DNA from: a virus
Lineage: Duplodnaviria; Caudoviricetes
Strand: one strand, 5' to 3'
DNA: 64,000 nt
Virus record (IMG/VR): IMGVR_UViG_3300020112_000918
Location: 1 to 64,000 of that record
Part shown: positions 9,868 to 19,840 of the stretch, in pieces
Position numbering within the stretch: the first letter of the stretch is position 1
Layout of the letters: each line of letters starts with the position of its first letter
Notes under the pieces: generated by a model
Database searches by the model: none
The model's input: only the letters and a program-made list of their open reading frames with translations
What the model was told of the DNA's origin: nothing
Made by a program: the position numbers and the translations under genes

Positions 9868-10929
9868 ATGAACCTTTTTCAGACAACGGATCATCACTTA
9901 AAAGACGAAGAGCCTTTCTTCCAAGCAGGAAAAGCCTTAGACGATTGGCTTATAGATTTTTTCAAAAAGCAGACAGAACCTTTTATCTATGTAGACTCTG
10001 GAGATCGTTACCACGTTTCAAAAGAAACAGGACGTGTAAACGGAGAAGTAGCTAAGTTCTTCTTAACCCTTGCAGCTTTACCTAATTGTCAAGCTATCTG
10101 GTGTATTCAAGGTAACCATGACTTCAAAGTAGACACAGGATCAGCTCTTGATACTATCTGCGGGCTTTCTTCTAAAATTCAGGTAGTTTATGAACCTACT
10201 ATTCTGCAGTTTCCAGAGCAGACAGGCTATACTCTGTTTCTTCCTCACATGAAAATTAAGCATCTGCCTTACTACAACGGAAGAGAAACTTACGGTAAAG
10301 AAGAATTTTATCAGCAGTATTTTTCGAACTGGGAAACTTACAAACCTAAGATTGAATTTATTTCTGCTCATCTCGGAGATGAAACCTGTGGCGAACTTTT
10401 ACAAGACGCAGACCTTTCTCTTTTCTCTTGTATGAAGTCTAACGGGCATATTCACAAAACCGTTTCTAAAAATCAGCTTGAATCAGCTGCTGTTACTCGT
10501 AGAGATGAAGTTGATAAAAAGTGTATCATGCGTAAGTTTGATACAAAAGATTTTTCAAAGTTTGAAGAAATTGAACTTCCTCTTTTCTTGAACTACGCAA
10601 AGATCGAGTACGGGGCTTCTCTCGATGACTATTTTAAGAATCCTATTCATAAAAAGCCGGAAACTTCTCTTATTGTAGACATTTACGGACATGACAACGC
10701 AGACTTTGTAAAAGATGAATATACTAAAAAGTTTGCGGGAACTTCGAACCCTAAACTCTACGTAGGTGACGTAGTCGCAGAAGAAAGACTTTTGAAAGAC
10801 GACGAAGAAGTTGAAAGAGAAGATCTGGACGTTTCCGACGCAGACCTTATTCAACTATTTAACGAGTTCTGTGAAGAAAAAGGAATTGTAGATTCTGTAA
10901 GGCAGAGCGTCTTAAAAAGAATTTCATAA
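9868..10929 (+). CDS. SbcD/Mre11/gp47-like metallophosphoesterase nuclease
   Basis: TDHH, SGD, GNHD, GHIH motifs; near the SbcC gene. Confidence 0.85.
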   Translation: MNLFQTTDHHLKDEEPFFQAGKALDDWLIDFFKKQTEPFIYVDSGDRYHVSKETGRVNGEVAKFFLTLAALPNCQAIWCIQGNHDFKVDTGSALDTICGLSSKIQVVYEPTILQFPEQTGYTLFLPHMKIKHLPYYNGRETYGKEEFYQQYFSNWETYKPKIEFISAHLGDETCGELLQDADLSLFSCMKSNGHIHKTVSKNQLESAAVTRRDEVDKKCIMRKFDTKDFSKFEEIELPLFLNYAKIEYGASLDDYFKNPIHKKPETSLIVDIYGHDNADFVKDEYTKKFAGTSNPKLYVGDVVAEERLLKDDEEVEREDLDVSDADLIQLFNEFCEEKGIVDSVRQSVLKRIS

Positions 10930-10939
10930 GGTGGATAAA

Positions 10940-11362
10940 ATGCTTTTATTTGACTATGGGTGGAAATCTAACAAGGAGGGAGTTCCGAACGAAGTTCAGA
11001 CCTTTACTCTCTCGGACTTGGGAATAACTATCAATGATTCTATTCCCGATACTTTTGAAAAAGACGGTAAGATCTGGAAAAAGCTGCGCAATACAACTGC
11101 AGTATTCGTAGATGAAAACAATCCAGAAAAACGTGTTCTTGTAAACTCTCTTGAATACTTTAAAGAGATGGGCGAACTTCCTATAAAAGAAGTTTGGGTA
11201 GAAAATGAAAAATACATCTTTGATCGAGTAGTAGACGGAATCCCGAGCTTTGCTGATTTTTCTGATACTTTCCGTCAGATGCATGACAACAACTATCATG
11301 TAAAATTCACAAAACCTCCTCTTGAATGTGAATCTAACACTTGGGGCTACGGTTTAACTTAA
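10940..11362 (+). CDS. hypothetical protein
   Basis: ORF in operon with SD. Confidence 0.6.
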   Translation: MLLFDYGWKSNKEGVPNEVQTFTLSDLGITINDSIPDTFEKDGKIWKKLRNTTAVFVDENNPEKRVLVNSLEYFKEMGELPIKEVWVENEKYIFDRVVDGIPSFADFSDTFRQMHDNNYHVKFTKPPLECESNTWGYGLT

Positions 11363-11421
11363 TAATTTAGAAAGGGGGCTTACCGAAAGGAAGTCCCCTA
11401 TTTTATTAAGGAGTATCGCAG

Positions 11422-12738
11422 ATGCCAGAAAACTGGCTTATAACTTCAACACTGCGGTATAAGATACACATGAAAAGATACAACGAAGAAAATGGTCTCG
11501 GAAACGCTTCTGTTCCTGCAGGCTACGGCACACCTGACTTTTCAGTAGGTGATGGAATCAATCCAGGTCCAAATCCTGATGCAGCTCTCGCTGCTGACAC
11601 TGCTGCTGCAATGGCAAACGGTGAAGAAAATCCAGGATTCTCCCTCGGCGGAGCTGATGACCCTCTTAACGAGTATGAAACAGCTGACGATCTTAACGGA
11701 GCTTTGATTGGAAATCCTGAAACAACTCCAATCAACGAACCAACTTTCGGAATGTCTTCTGTAAAAGAAGATGATGACGCTATCATGCACGAAGATGACA
11801 TCGCTTACGATGCTGACGGAAACGTAATTGACGATTTCACTGGAGCTGATCCAATGGCAGAAGATGATGACGTAGTTACTTTTGAAAGCGTTGACGAAAT
11901 GCCAGAATTCGAAGAATACGACGAACTTGACGTTGCAGAAGAAGACGTAGACGGAGCTGGAGTTATTGAACCAGAAGTTATGGAAGACTTCGACGTTGAA
12001 GATCCAGAACTCGGAGCTATGCCAGACGTTGAACTTCCTATGACAGAACCTATCGTTCAGGTTGAAGAGGATGAACCAGATATCTACGCAACAGAAGCAG
12101 AAATCGAAGGAGCTGATCCTGCTCCTATCGTAGTTGAAGAATCTTTCCGTCTTCCAGAAAACCGTCAGGTAGTAATTTCAAAGGGTGACCAGATTTTCGT
12201 AATCGGTCATGCAATGAACGAAAAGACTCCAAAGTTCACAGAATCTGCATTCAAACGTGCTTTCCGTTCTTTGGTAGAATCAAAAGATACCCACGGTCAG
12301 CTTTCTTTCAAGAAATCTGAAGGAACGAAGAAATGTGCTCTCGTAGGACGTTCTCTCCTTGTTGAAATCGCTAAAGACTGGCGTATCCCAGGAACTGACA
12401 TTGTTCTGGAAGCACACGATATCGTTCAGATTGTTTCTATGAAACCTGTTTGCGAAAAAACTGTAGCAAAGAAGGAAGACGAAGAAGCAAAGGACGAAAA
12501 CGAAGAAAACAAGGCTGCTGACGAAGAAACAGAAGAAGAAAAGAAAGCAAAGAAAGAATTCTTCCTCGCTCAGAAACGCTATCTTGAAGCTAAACGTCGT
12601 CGTGAAGCTAAGGCTAAGAAAGAAGACGATGAAGAAGCAAAGAACGAAGAAGATGACGATGCTAAAAACGAAGATGATGATGCTGACGACAAGAAAAAGA
12701 CTGAAGCATTCCTTCGTAAAAACGGAATCTACTTCTAA
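11422..12738 (+). CDS. highly acidic protein, possible prohead core/scaffold or internal protein
   Basis: Very D/E-rich, downstream of CCTATTT promoter, many hydrophobic-x-E sites; start could be 11470. Confidence 0.45.
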   Translation: MPENWLITSTLRYKIHMKRYNEENGLGNASVPAGYGTPDFSVGDGINPGPNPDAALAADTAAAMANGEENPGFSLGGADDPLNEYETADDLNGALIGNPETTPINEPTFGMSSVKEDDDAIMHEDDIAYDADGNVIDDFTGADPMAEDDDVVTFESVDEMPEFEEYDELDVAEEDVDGAGVIEPEVMEDFDVEDPELGAMPDVELPMTEPIVQVEEDEPDIYATEAEIEGADPAPIVVEESFRLPENRQVVISKGDQIFVIGHAMNEKTPKFTESAFKRAFRSLVESKDTHGQLSFKKSEGTKKCALVGRSLLVEIAKDWRIPGTDIVLEAHDIVQIVSMKPVCEKTVAKKEDEEAKDENEENKAADEETEEEKKAKKEFFLAQKRYLEAKRRREAKAKKEDDEEAKNEEDDDAKNEDDDADDKKKTEAFLRKNGIYF

Positions 12739-12836
12739 AATAAAGTAGCTGTTTAAGATTTCTTCGGAATTATAAAGGGTGAGGACATACCGTTCTCACC
12801 CTTTTTATTTGGTCTAGATAAATTTGGAGGATAAAA

Positions 12837-13919
12837 ATGAATCAACCTATCTTTGAACCTTGCAACTCCGTAGATGAGATGCTTCAGAAAGGTTTACAGG
12901 CTATTAAAAAGTCTGGCGTTGACCGAAAACCAGAATGGCAGCGTTGTGTATGTCACGAGTATCCTACTCCCGTAGTTCTTACCTTGACAAACCCTTTGGC
13001 TCGTTTTTGCACTTTGAAAAACCGCAAACAGAACGTAGCTCTTACCGTCGCAGAAAGCATCTGGATTATGTCCGGAATGAACGACTTGGATGAGCTTCCT
13101 GGTCATTATGCAAAAGCGATTTACAACTACACAGATGACGGAAAGTCCTATCGTGCAGGATACGGTCCTCGTATTCGTTTCTTCAACGAAACAAAAGCCC
13201 AGTATTACATCCGTCATCAGGAAAGAACTGCTTTCTTAAGCAGAGGAGTCGGCTACTCTGATCAGCTTCGTTTCTGTATTGAGCAGCTTAAAAAAGATAA
13301 GTTTACTCGTCAAGCTGTGATCACTATTCACGACCCTAACAAAGATGACTTTGACTTGAACGGCAATCTTCTTTCTACTAAGGACACTCCTTGTACTCGT
13401 TCCGTTCAGTTTATGTGCGACTCAGAAGGAAAACTTAACTGCTACGTTCACATGCGTTCTAATGACATTCTTCACGGTATGTCTGTAATTAATGTAGCCG
13501 AGTTTACTTTCCTTCAGCAGATTATCGCTCAGGTATGCGGTCTTCCTTTGGGTCAGTATTTCCATATCGCCAATAACTTCCACTACTATGATGATCTTGA
13601 AGACTTGGTAAAGAACTGCCTTAAAGAAAAAATTGAACCTATTCCAGAAATGAGCGATTTTTCTTACGCTCAGGAACAGATTGAACTTAAAGACGTAGAC
13701 AAGGCTATCGACATTATGCTTGCATACGAAGCACAGTTGTTACGGGGCGAAGACCTTACTGCAAAGAATCCGTTCTTTGTTGACCGCAGACTTCAGGTAT
13801 TCTCTGACTATGCTGAAGTTTTCCGTTTAGCTCAGTGCAAGAAACGCAAAGTCGATCCTGTTAACGGAGAATTCTTCCACCCTCAGTTGCAGGTTATGTA
13901 TCAGAAAGGAATGCTCTAA
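12837..13919 (+). CDS. thymidylate synthase-family dUMP hydroxymethylase
   Basis: YGPRI, TRQAVITI, KDTPC (catalytic Cys), HMRSND, INVAEF (Asn, dUMP-specific), NFHYY; heads a modification cluster. Confidence 0.8.
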   Translation: MNQPIFEPCNSVDEMLQKGLQAIKKSGVDRKPEWQRCVCHEYPTPVVLTLTNPLARFCTLKNRKQNVALTVAESIWIMSGMNDLDELPGHYAKAIYNYTDDGKSYRAGYGPRIRFFNETKAQYYIRHQERTAFLSRGVGYSDQLRFCIEQLKKDKFTRQAVITIHDPNKDDFDLNGNLLSTKDTPCTRSVQFMCDSEGKLNCYVHMRSNDILHGMSVINVAEFTFLQQIIAQVCGLPLGQYFHIANNFHYYDDLEDLVKNCLKEKIEPIPEMSDFSYAQEQIELKDVDKAIDIMLAYEAQLLRGEDLTAKNPFFVDRRLQVFSDYAEVFRLAQCKKRKVDPVNGEFFHPQLQVMYQKGML

Positions 13920-13934
13920 GGAGCAAAGACAACA

Positions 13935-14567
13935 ATGAGTAAGAAGATGGAATTTTTACCAATTGAAATGCAGAGAGCGCAGCGTGACATACAGCGTTGT
14001 GGCTTGGCAACGAAAATTCAGGACTACGACCTTACTCAGCACAGTTACGGGGTCTTATCAATTTGTTTAGACTTGGTAAGACTTCTGCAGCTGGAGCCTT
14101 TGTCTCAGACAGAGGTTGAGCTGATTATGAGACATGATTTAGCTGAAACTTTTACAGGTGATTTACCTTGGGTAGTTAAAAACATGTCTGCAGAAGTAGA
14201 AGAAAGATGGGCTTTCATTGAGGAATCTGTTCTTCAAGAAAAAGCAAAAATGTATCCGGAACTGGAAAACTACTCAGACAAGAAAATTGAGTCAACTCTT
14301 TCTCCGGAAAAACTTAGACTGTTCAAGATTGCAGATATGCTTGACTTGCTTCTTTACTGCTGCAAAGAGGAACAGCTTGGAAACGTAACAGCAGAAATGC
14401 AGCTTATTCTGAGAAACGCTCAGAAAATCACTATGCTCCGAGTCCAGGACTTTTGTAAAAATCACCCTTGGCACGATGAAGCATTAGCTGTATTCCGCAC
14501 TTATATAAGGTCAGCTAATTTCCCACGTTTATCAAAATGTTCGGAATTAGATATTTTGGAGGATTAA
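13935..14567 (+). CDS. HD-domain 5'-deoxynucleotidase (YfbR-like)
   Basis: QHSYGV, RHDLAETFTGDLP, KIADMLD. Confidence 0.85.
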   Translation: MSKKMEFLPIEMQRAQRDIQRCGLATKIQDYDLTQHSYGVLSICLDLVRLLQLEPLSQTEVELIMRHDLAETFTGDLPWVVKNMSAEVEERWAFIEESVLQEKAKMYPELENYSDKKIESTLSPEKLRLFKIADMLDLLLYCCKEEQLGNVTAEMQLILRNAQKITMLRVQDFCKNHPWHDEALAVFRTYIRSANFPRLSKCSELDILED

Positions 14568-14573
14568 ACCAAG

Positions 14574-15176
14574 ATGAAACTTACAAAACTTTTTGGTGAA
14601 GACATTGACATCACTCAGGAAGACTTCGGTAAAACCATAAAGACTATTCTTGATGATGCCATGGAAAGTAACTGCGGGGTAGCCCTTTTGTCAGAAGCAC
14701 CCTTAGCAGCCGTAACAAACAGTATGCTTCTTTACAGAGGCATGCTTGAGTCTCGTGAAATTGATGAAGAAGAACTTCGTCTTACTTTGCGTGACATAAT
14801 TGACGTTTCTTTAAGAGCTTACGTAATGTACTCTGGAGGAAGTATCCCTGAAGTTTATGAAAATCTCAGAGAAACCCTTATCCGTAAAAACGCTGACTAC
14901 GGTAATGCTTCTGTTAAAAACGGAGGTAGCGTAGGAAATTATGTTCGCATGACAGACAAACTTTCTCGTCTTCAGAGCCTTTTGGGTAAAGACGGAAAAA
15001 CAAACTTCGAATCTGTAAACGACACTTGGCTTGACCTTGCAGGATATGCAACTTTGGGAACACTCATTCTCAATTTAACTTCTGCTAAGCTCAACGCTGC
15101 TGATCCTAATCAGCCTGAACTTCCTTTTGAAGATGCTGAAGAACATCCTTTCGGCTACGAAGAAGGAAAAGACTAA
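14574..15176 (+). CDS. DUF1599/MazG-like nucleotide-modification-associated protein
   Basis: RKNADYG, RMTDKLSRL, ESVNDTWLDLAGYA. Confidence 0.75.
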   Translation: MKLTKLFGEDIDITQEDFGKTIKTILDDAMESNCGVALLSEAPLAAVTNSMLLYRGMLESREIDEEELRLTLRDIIDVSLRAYVMYSGGSIPEVYENLRETLIRKNADYGNASVKNGGSVGNYVRMTDKLSRLQSLLGKDGKTNFESVNDTWLDLAGYATLGTLILNLTSAKLNAADPNQPELPFEDAEEHPFGYEEGKD

Positions 15177-15187
15177 GGAGACAACCC

Positions 15188-15925
15188 ATGGAAGAAAACT
15201 TGAAGACAATTTTTTATTTTGCAGGAACTTCGGGAGCTGGAAAGTCTACCCGTGTTTATGCACTGATAAGATTTTTGGAAGATAGAGGAGAAAAACCAAC
15301 TGGGTATCTTTATCACAACAAGATTGCCGTAGGAAGAGAATACCTTAATTCTTTTTATGTAATCGGTAAAGAAATTAACCGCAACGGAAAAGCTGCTTGG
15401 CAAGGTCTTGACTCTTTTATTCGTGAAATTAACGAAGGCAAAGGGTCTGAGCAGCTGTTTAAGTTCTTTTATGAAACAGCCCGAACTCAGAATCTCGTTC
15501 TTGACAGTGCTGCTATGCTTCGTTCAAATCGTTCAAGACCTCTGGCTCTTGAAACTTACGGGGTAGATGCAAAAACTTATTCCAGATTTTACTGGTATGA
15601 TTCTTTTAAAGAATATCAGGAAAGAATTGCGGGAAGATCCCAGGGAAAACTTCTTACAGAAGATTCTTCCATGTGGAAAACTAATGACTCGATGAAGCGT
15701 CAGGGTGAAATGCAGGCAGAAGAAATGCCTCAGGTAAAGCATCCTGAACGCTACGAGTTCTTTCACGGACTTCCATCAGAGCCTGTTTGGACAATCGGTG
15801 TAGACATTCTTCAGAGAGTAGGACATCCTGAACTTATCGAAGACTTTAAGGTCTATGCAGACAACTTTTTGAAGCAGCAGTCAGAATCATCTGTTGAAAC
15901 AACGGACTCAGAGGACCTTTTTTAG
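15188..15925 (+). CDS. P-loop kinase, probable 5-hmdU DNA kinase
   Basis: GTSGAGKST, WQGLD; hypermodification context. Confidence 0.7.
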   Translation: MEENLKTIFYFAGTSGAGKSTRVYALIRFLEDRGEKPTGYLYHNKIAVGREYLNSFYVIGKEINRNGKAAWQGLDSFIREINEGKGSEQLFKFFYETARTQNLVLDSAAMLRSNRSRPLALETYGVDAKTYSRFYWYDSFKEYQERIAGRSQGKLLTEDSSMWKTNDSMKRQGEMQAEEMPQVKHPERYEFFHGLPSEPVWTIGVDILQRVGHPELIEDFKVYADNFLKQQSESSVETTDSEDLF

Positions 15926-15926
15926 T

Positions 15927-17039
15927 ATGGCATTTAAGAAAACTGTTTTTCCGGTTACTACTTTAGACCGTGAGGACATAAAGTGGGAAGATTTCATTTA
16001 TGAGCTAACTCCCGTAGAGTTTCATGCAGACTCCAAAACAGGTAAAGGCTGCTACTTTAAGCGAGAAGACTATTTTGCTCCTTTAGGATACGGGGGATTG
16101 AACGGTAGTAAACTCCGACAAGCTATTTATCTTGGCTCACAGAACTTGATAAACTCTCGAGTAAAATACCTTGTAGGAGCTATGTCGCTTCATTCTCCTC
16201 AGTTGGCTTTTCAGACAGCTGTAGCTAAGCATTTTGGTAAAAAGGCTATCACAGTATGCCCAGGAACTAAACTTGACAAGGTATTAGAGCATGAGATGCC
16301 TGCTTTAGCAGCTTGGTTAGGCTCTGAGTTCTGGCTTTGTACGATCGGCTATAACGGAGTTCTTCAGAAAAGGGCACAAGAACTTCAGGAGTATTTAGGA
16401 GGAAAATCGGTAGCTTTCTATCTTGAATACGCTATTACTCTTGGACTTGAGCATACTTCGCAAGAAATTTATGATTTCCACTGTGTTGGAGCAGAACAAG
16501 TAAAAAATATTCCAGATGGTGTAGAAGAACTTGTAATGGCAGCAGGCTCTTGCAACTCATCCAGTTCAGTGCTTCTTGGCTTGTGTAAATATCCTAAAAA
16601 GAATTTGAAAAGAATTCATTTTATTACAACAGGTCCGAGCAAAATTGACTATTTGACAAAAAGACTTGAGCGGATGAAAGAAGTTGCTCCCTTTGAAACT
16701 CGGCTTTTTAAAAATCTTCCTTATGAAGATGACATGTTCGATCCTGTTCCTCAGGACTTTCCTTATGAAGTAATTGTTCATGATCAACAGAAAGAAGGAT
16801 TCTCTGTTTATAGTGACTTAATGCCTTTTACTTTTCATGATATAGAACTTCATCCAACTTACGAAGGAAAAATCATGACTTACATTATGAAGAAATGTCC
16901 TGAGTTGATTCATAAAAAATCTCTTTTCTGGATAGTTGGTTCTTATCCTACTCGAGAAGCTATGGAACCTTTCTTCAAAGGTCAGGAATTAAATAAAGCG
17001 AAATTATTTCCTTGGGATAGACCAAGCAAGGAGAAATAG
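15927..17039 (+). CDS. PLP-dependent enzyme (fold type II), probable modified-base decarboxylase
   Basis: FKREDYF..GGLNGSKLRQ, SLHSPQ, AGSCNS, HPTYEGK, FWIVGS. Confidence 0.8.
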   Translation: MAFKKTVFPVTTLDREDIKWEDFIYELTPVEFHADSKTGKGCYFKREDYFAPLGYGGLNGSKLRQAIYLGSQNLINSRVKYLVGAMSLHSPQLAFQTAVAKHFGKKAITVCPGTKLDKVLEHEMPALAAWLGSEFWLCTIGYNGVLQKRAQELQEYLGGKSVAFYLEYAITLGLEHTSQEIYDFHCVGAEQVKNIPDGVEELVMAAGSCNSSSSVLLGLCKYPKKNLKRIHFITTGPSKIDYLTKRLERMKEVAPFETRLFKNLPYEDDMFDPVPQDFPYEVIVHDQQKEGFSVYSDLMPFTFHDIELHPTYEGKIMTYIMKKCPELIHKKSLFWIVGSYPTREAMEPFFKGQELNKAKLFPWDRPSKEK

Positions 17040-18188
17040 ATGGAATTAATTAGAGCTTGTGTACTAAAAGGTATACCAGAAGTTTCAGAACTTGAAAAAG
17101 GAATGGACTTCAGAAAAATTGAATACCGTAGGGAAGTATTTTTTCGCTTTTATAAGTTCCATACGATGTACGGAATTCATCCAGGACTTGTTTATTTATT
17201 TCTTCCAGAAATGGCTAAAAGAGATAATTGGAACTTAGAGCAAAGATTCTGGGCAGCTTTTCTTGAAGGCTGTACAGAAAATCCTTGTACTGTTTGGCAG
17301 GTAACTAGATATTTTCCTAATTTGCCTCGAACAGAGGAAGAACTGACTACTTTTGAAAAGTGGCATGCAGAAAACTGGAGGTCTCTCTGCTACGATCGTG
17401 ATGTTCGCTATAATAAAGGTCACTTAGTAGAGCAAACTCGTTCCTACGTAGAACATCTGAAGGGTATGAGTCAGGAAACTTTCTTCACCCAATACCTTTA
17501 TGATAAAGAGCCTACTAAGTGGTTTGATAAAGTTTGGGAAGAGACAAAATCTTTTTATAAGTTCGGAAGGCTTACAACTTTCTCCTACGATGAGTTTATA
17601 AAGATTTTAACAGACCTCCCGTATGAGTATTCTTCTCTTATGATGAATGATGTTTCCGGATCTAAGTCTCATAGAAACGGCTGCTTAAGAGTTCTGGGTA
17701 GAGACGACCTTGAATGGTGGAAGGAAGCAAATAACGGAGTTACTACTCACTCAAAAGAATTGTGTGAAGCTGCTGAAAAGCAGGGAAGACTTCTTACAGA
17801 GGAACTCAAGGCTCGATACAAGAATGAACCTTGGGCTAAGTACATAGGCTATCAGACAGTAGAGTCAGCCTTATGTGCTTTTAAAAATTGCTTTCACGGA
17901 GAGCGTTATCCAAATGTCTATACGGATATGTCCTACGACCGAATTAAAAAAGCAGAACAGCTAGTTCCTTCTGTAGATTTTTCTATCTTCTGGAAAATCC
18001 GTGAAGAAAAACTTCCTGAAAAACTTCTGCTCGAAAAGAACCCAAATGATCCAGGATTAGTGCCTCTTAAGCAAGAATGGTTTAAGAAGACAGGTCATAT
18101 GCCTATGATTTCTGCTATGGATCCTGTGTTTGAATGTGAATGGGATGAAAAGTACTACGGGGAGGAAATAGATTCCTTTTTCAGCTAA
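17040..18188 (+). CDS. amino acid:DNA transferase (ADDT, glycosylase-fold)
   Basis: DFRKIEYRREVFFRFYKFH, HPGLVY, FGRLTTFSY, SGSKSHRNG, ESALCAFK, RYPNVYTDM. Confidence 0.8.
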   Translation: MELIRACVLKGIPEVSELEKGMDFRKIEYRREVFFRFYKFHTMYGIHPGLVYLFLPEMAKRDNWNLEQRFWAAFLEGCTENPCTVWQVTRYFPNLPRTEEELTTFEKWHAENWRSLCYDRDVRYNKGHLVEQTRSYVEHLKGMSQETFFTQYLYDKEPTKWFDKVWEETKSFYKFGRLTTFSYDEFIKILTDLPYEYSSLMMNDVSGSKSHRNGCLRVLGRDDLEWWKEANNGVTTHSKELCEAAEKQGRLLTEELKARYKNEPWAKYIGYQTVESALCAFKNCFHGERYPNVYTDMSYDRIKKAEQLVPSVDFSIFWKIREEKLPEKLLLEKNPNDPGLVPLKQEWFKKTGHMPMISAMDPVFECEWDEKYYGEEIDSFFS

Positions 18189-18269
18189 TGTGTAAAGATT
18201 TTAAATATCTTTGAAAAAGAATAAGTTCTAACGACTTATTCAGCCTTTTTATTCTAAAGGAAACAAAAT

Positions 18270-19271
18270 ATGAAGCAAACAACTAAATACGGTATTCCCG
18301 TAAACATAGAACCTTTAGAAATTCTGTGCAGATGGGTCAAGGAACGATACTTAGTTCACCTCAAGAAAGATGTTCAGAAACTTCCGGCTCCTTGGTCAGA
18401 CTGGGATATAATGCGTGAGTTCCGTTTTACAAACGTATTACGCAGACACGACAAGGAGTCGAAGTTCGTTATTGACTCTACTTATGAAAATCCTGAACTT
18501 TCTATAGAAGAAAAGATTTTAAACGCTTTTGTCTTTCGAGCATACAACAAACACGAAACCTATTCTCTCGTAGGATTCCCTCACAAAAGGGAACTGATCA
18601 CTTGGGATGAAGTGCTTGAAATGGAACGAAAGATTTCTGCTAAGAGAGTAGAAAATCCTACTTACTGCTTCTGCACTTCGGCTTTCAACACAGGAGGAAT
18701 TAAAACCTGTTGGGGAAATTTTGTCGATAAAGAAGCAGCTTTCGATAAAACAAACCTTGTAGAAAGTCGGTTTGCTATTCTGTTTAATGACTTAATTAAA
18801 AATAACGTAGACAAGAAAATTCTTGAGTGCAAAACAGCCGAAGAAGTTGGCAAAGCTATTCGTAAAGTACGGGGCTTTGCTGGAGAGTTTTTGTCTTTTC
18901 AAGTTTATGTAGACCTGACTTACATTCCAGGCTTTCCTTTTACAGAGGACGACTGGGCTGTCTGCGGTCCTGGATGCAAACTCGGTATTTGCTATTTATT
19001 CGGAGATGATGACCGTTCTATAAAAGAGGTGGGCTACACCTACGATGAACTTCTTTACTGGACAAGAGACAACTTAAGCAAGATGCTGCTAGATAATGGA
19101 GTAGACCTCGAAGCTCTTATGGAAGATCTGCCCCGTAATCAGAGACGCATTTCTTTGTCTAATGTAGAGAATCTGTTTTGCGAGTTTTCAAAAACCTGCA
19201 AGCAAGTCTACAAAGAAGGAAAAGCTCGTCGTAAATACACTGTTCAGTCAGCCAGCTCTGACCTGTTTTAA
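18270..19271 (+). CDS. 5-hmdU DNA kinase helical-domain protein (aGPT-Pplase family)
   Basis: WVKERY...PWSDWDIMREFRFTNVLRRHD, FQVYVDLTY, GPGC, ENLFCEFSK. Confidence 0.8.
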   Translation: MKQTTKYGIPVNIEPLEILCRWVKERYLVHLKKDVQKLPAPWSDWDIMREFRFTNVLRRHDKESKFVIDSTYENPELSIEEKILNAFVFRAYNKHETYSLVGFPHKRELITWDEVLEMERKISAKRVENPTYCFCTSAFNTGGIKTCWGNFVDKEAAFDKTNLVESRFAILFNDLIKNNVDKKILECKTAEEVGKAIRKVRGFAGEFLSFQVYVDLTYIPGFPFTEDDWAVCGPGCKLGICYLFGDDDRSIKEVGYTYDELLYWTRDNLSKMLLDNGVDLEALMEDLPRNQRRISLSNVENLFCEFSKTCKQVYKEGKARRKYTVQSASSDLF

Positions 19272-19284
19272 ACCTATTTTGTTT

Positions 19285-19743
19285 ATGTTAGTTTTATCTG
19301 AAATACGTGAAGGAGACATCCCTGTTAGAGCTGGAATTGTCATAACAGACGGCTCAAATGTCTTAGGATGTCTTCCTACTCCTACTACTCAATACCCTAA
19401 TTTAGAAAGAAAATACGATTTACCTAAGGGACATATGCAGAAAGGGGAAAGCCCTATTGATGCAGCTATCCGAGAGTGCTGGGAAGAAACCAATATTCAT
19501 TTTGAAAAATGGAAGCTACAGTTCTACGGTAAGTTTTCTGTCTATTCAGAACCTTTTTTCGTTTTTAAAGCCGAAATTACTACTATGCCACCTTTAAGAC
19601 AGCTGAGCTGTCCTTCGACATTTATGAAGGGAGCTATTCGATCTCCAGAAAACTGTGGCTACGGTCTCATTCCAATTTCTCAGATATCTGAAAAGTTTTT
19701 TCCTGAGTTAGCTCCTATCATTAAAACTGTAGTAAATTTTTAA
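19285..19743 (+). CDS. Nudix hydrolase
   Basis: LPKGHMQKGESPIDAAIRECWEETN; ATG 5 nt after CCTATTT. Confidence 0.88.
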   Translation: MLVLSEIREGDIPVRAGIVITDGSNVLGCLPTPTTQYPNLERKYDLPKGHMQKGESPIDAAIRECWEETNIHFEKWKLQFYGKFSVYSEPFFVFKAEITTMPPLRQLSCPSTFMKGAIRSPENCGYGLIPISQISEKFFPELAPIIKTVVNF

Positions 19744-19840
19744 TTATTCTTACCATCATAAAGAATTTTCGGTGCTTTTCTCTGCCCTTTTTTATTTATG
19801 CAGGAATTATAAGAAGTAGGAAACTATCAGGAGGATAATT

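Noticed and set aside
13935-15176. Z-genome (DatZ/MazZ) pathway
   Set aside because: No PurZ in the window; the neighbouring genes indicate 5-hmdU hypermodification
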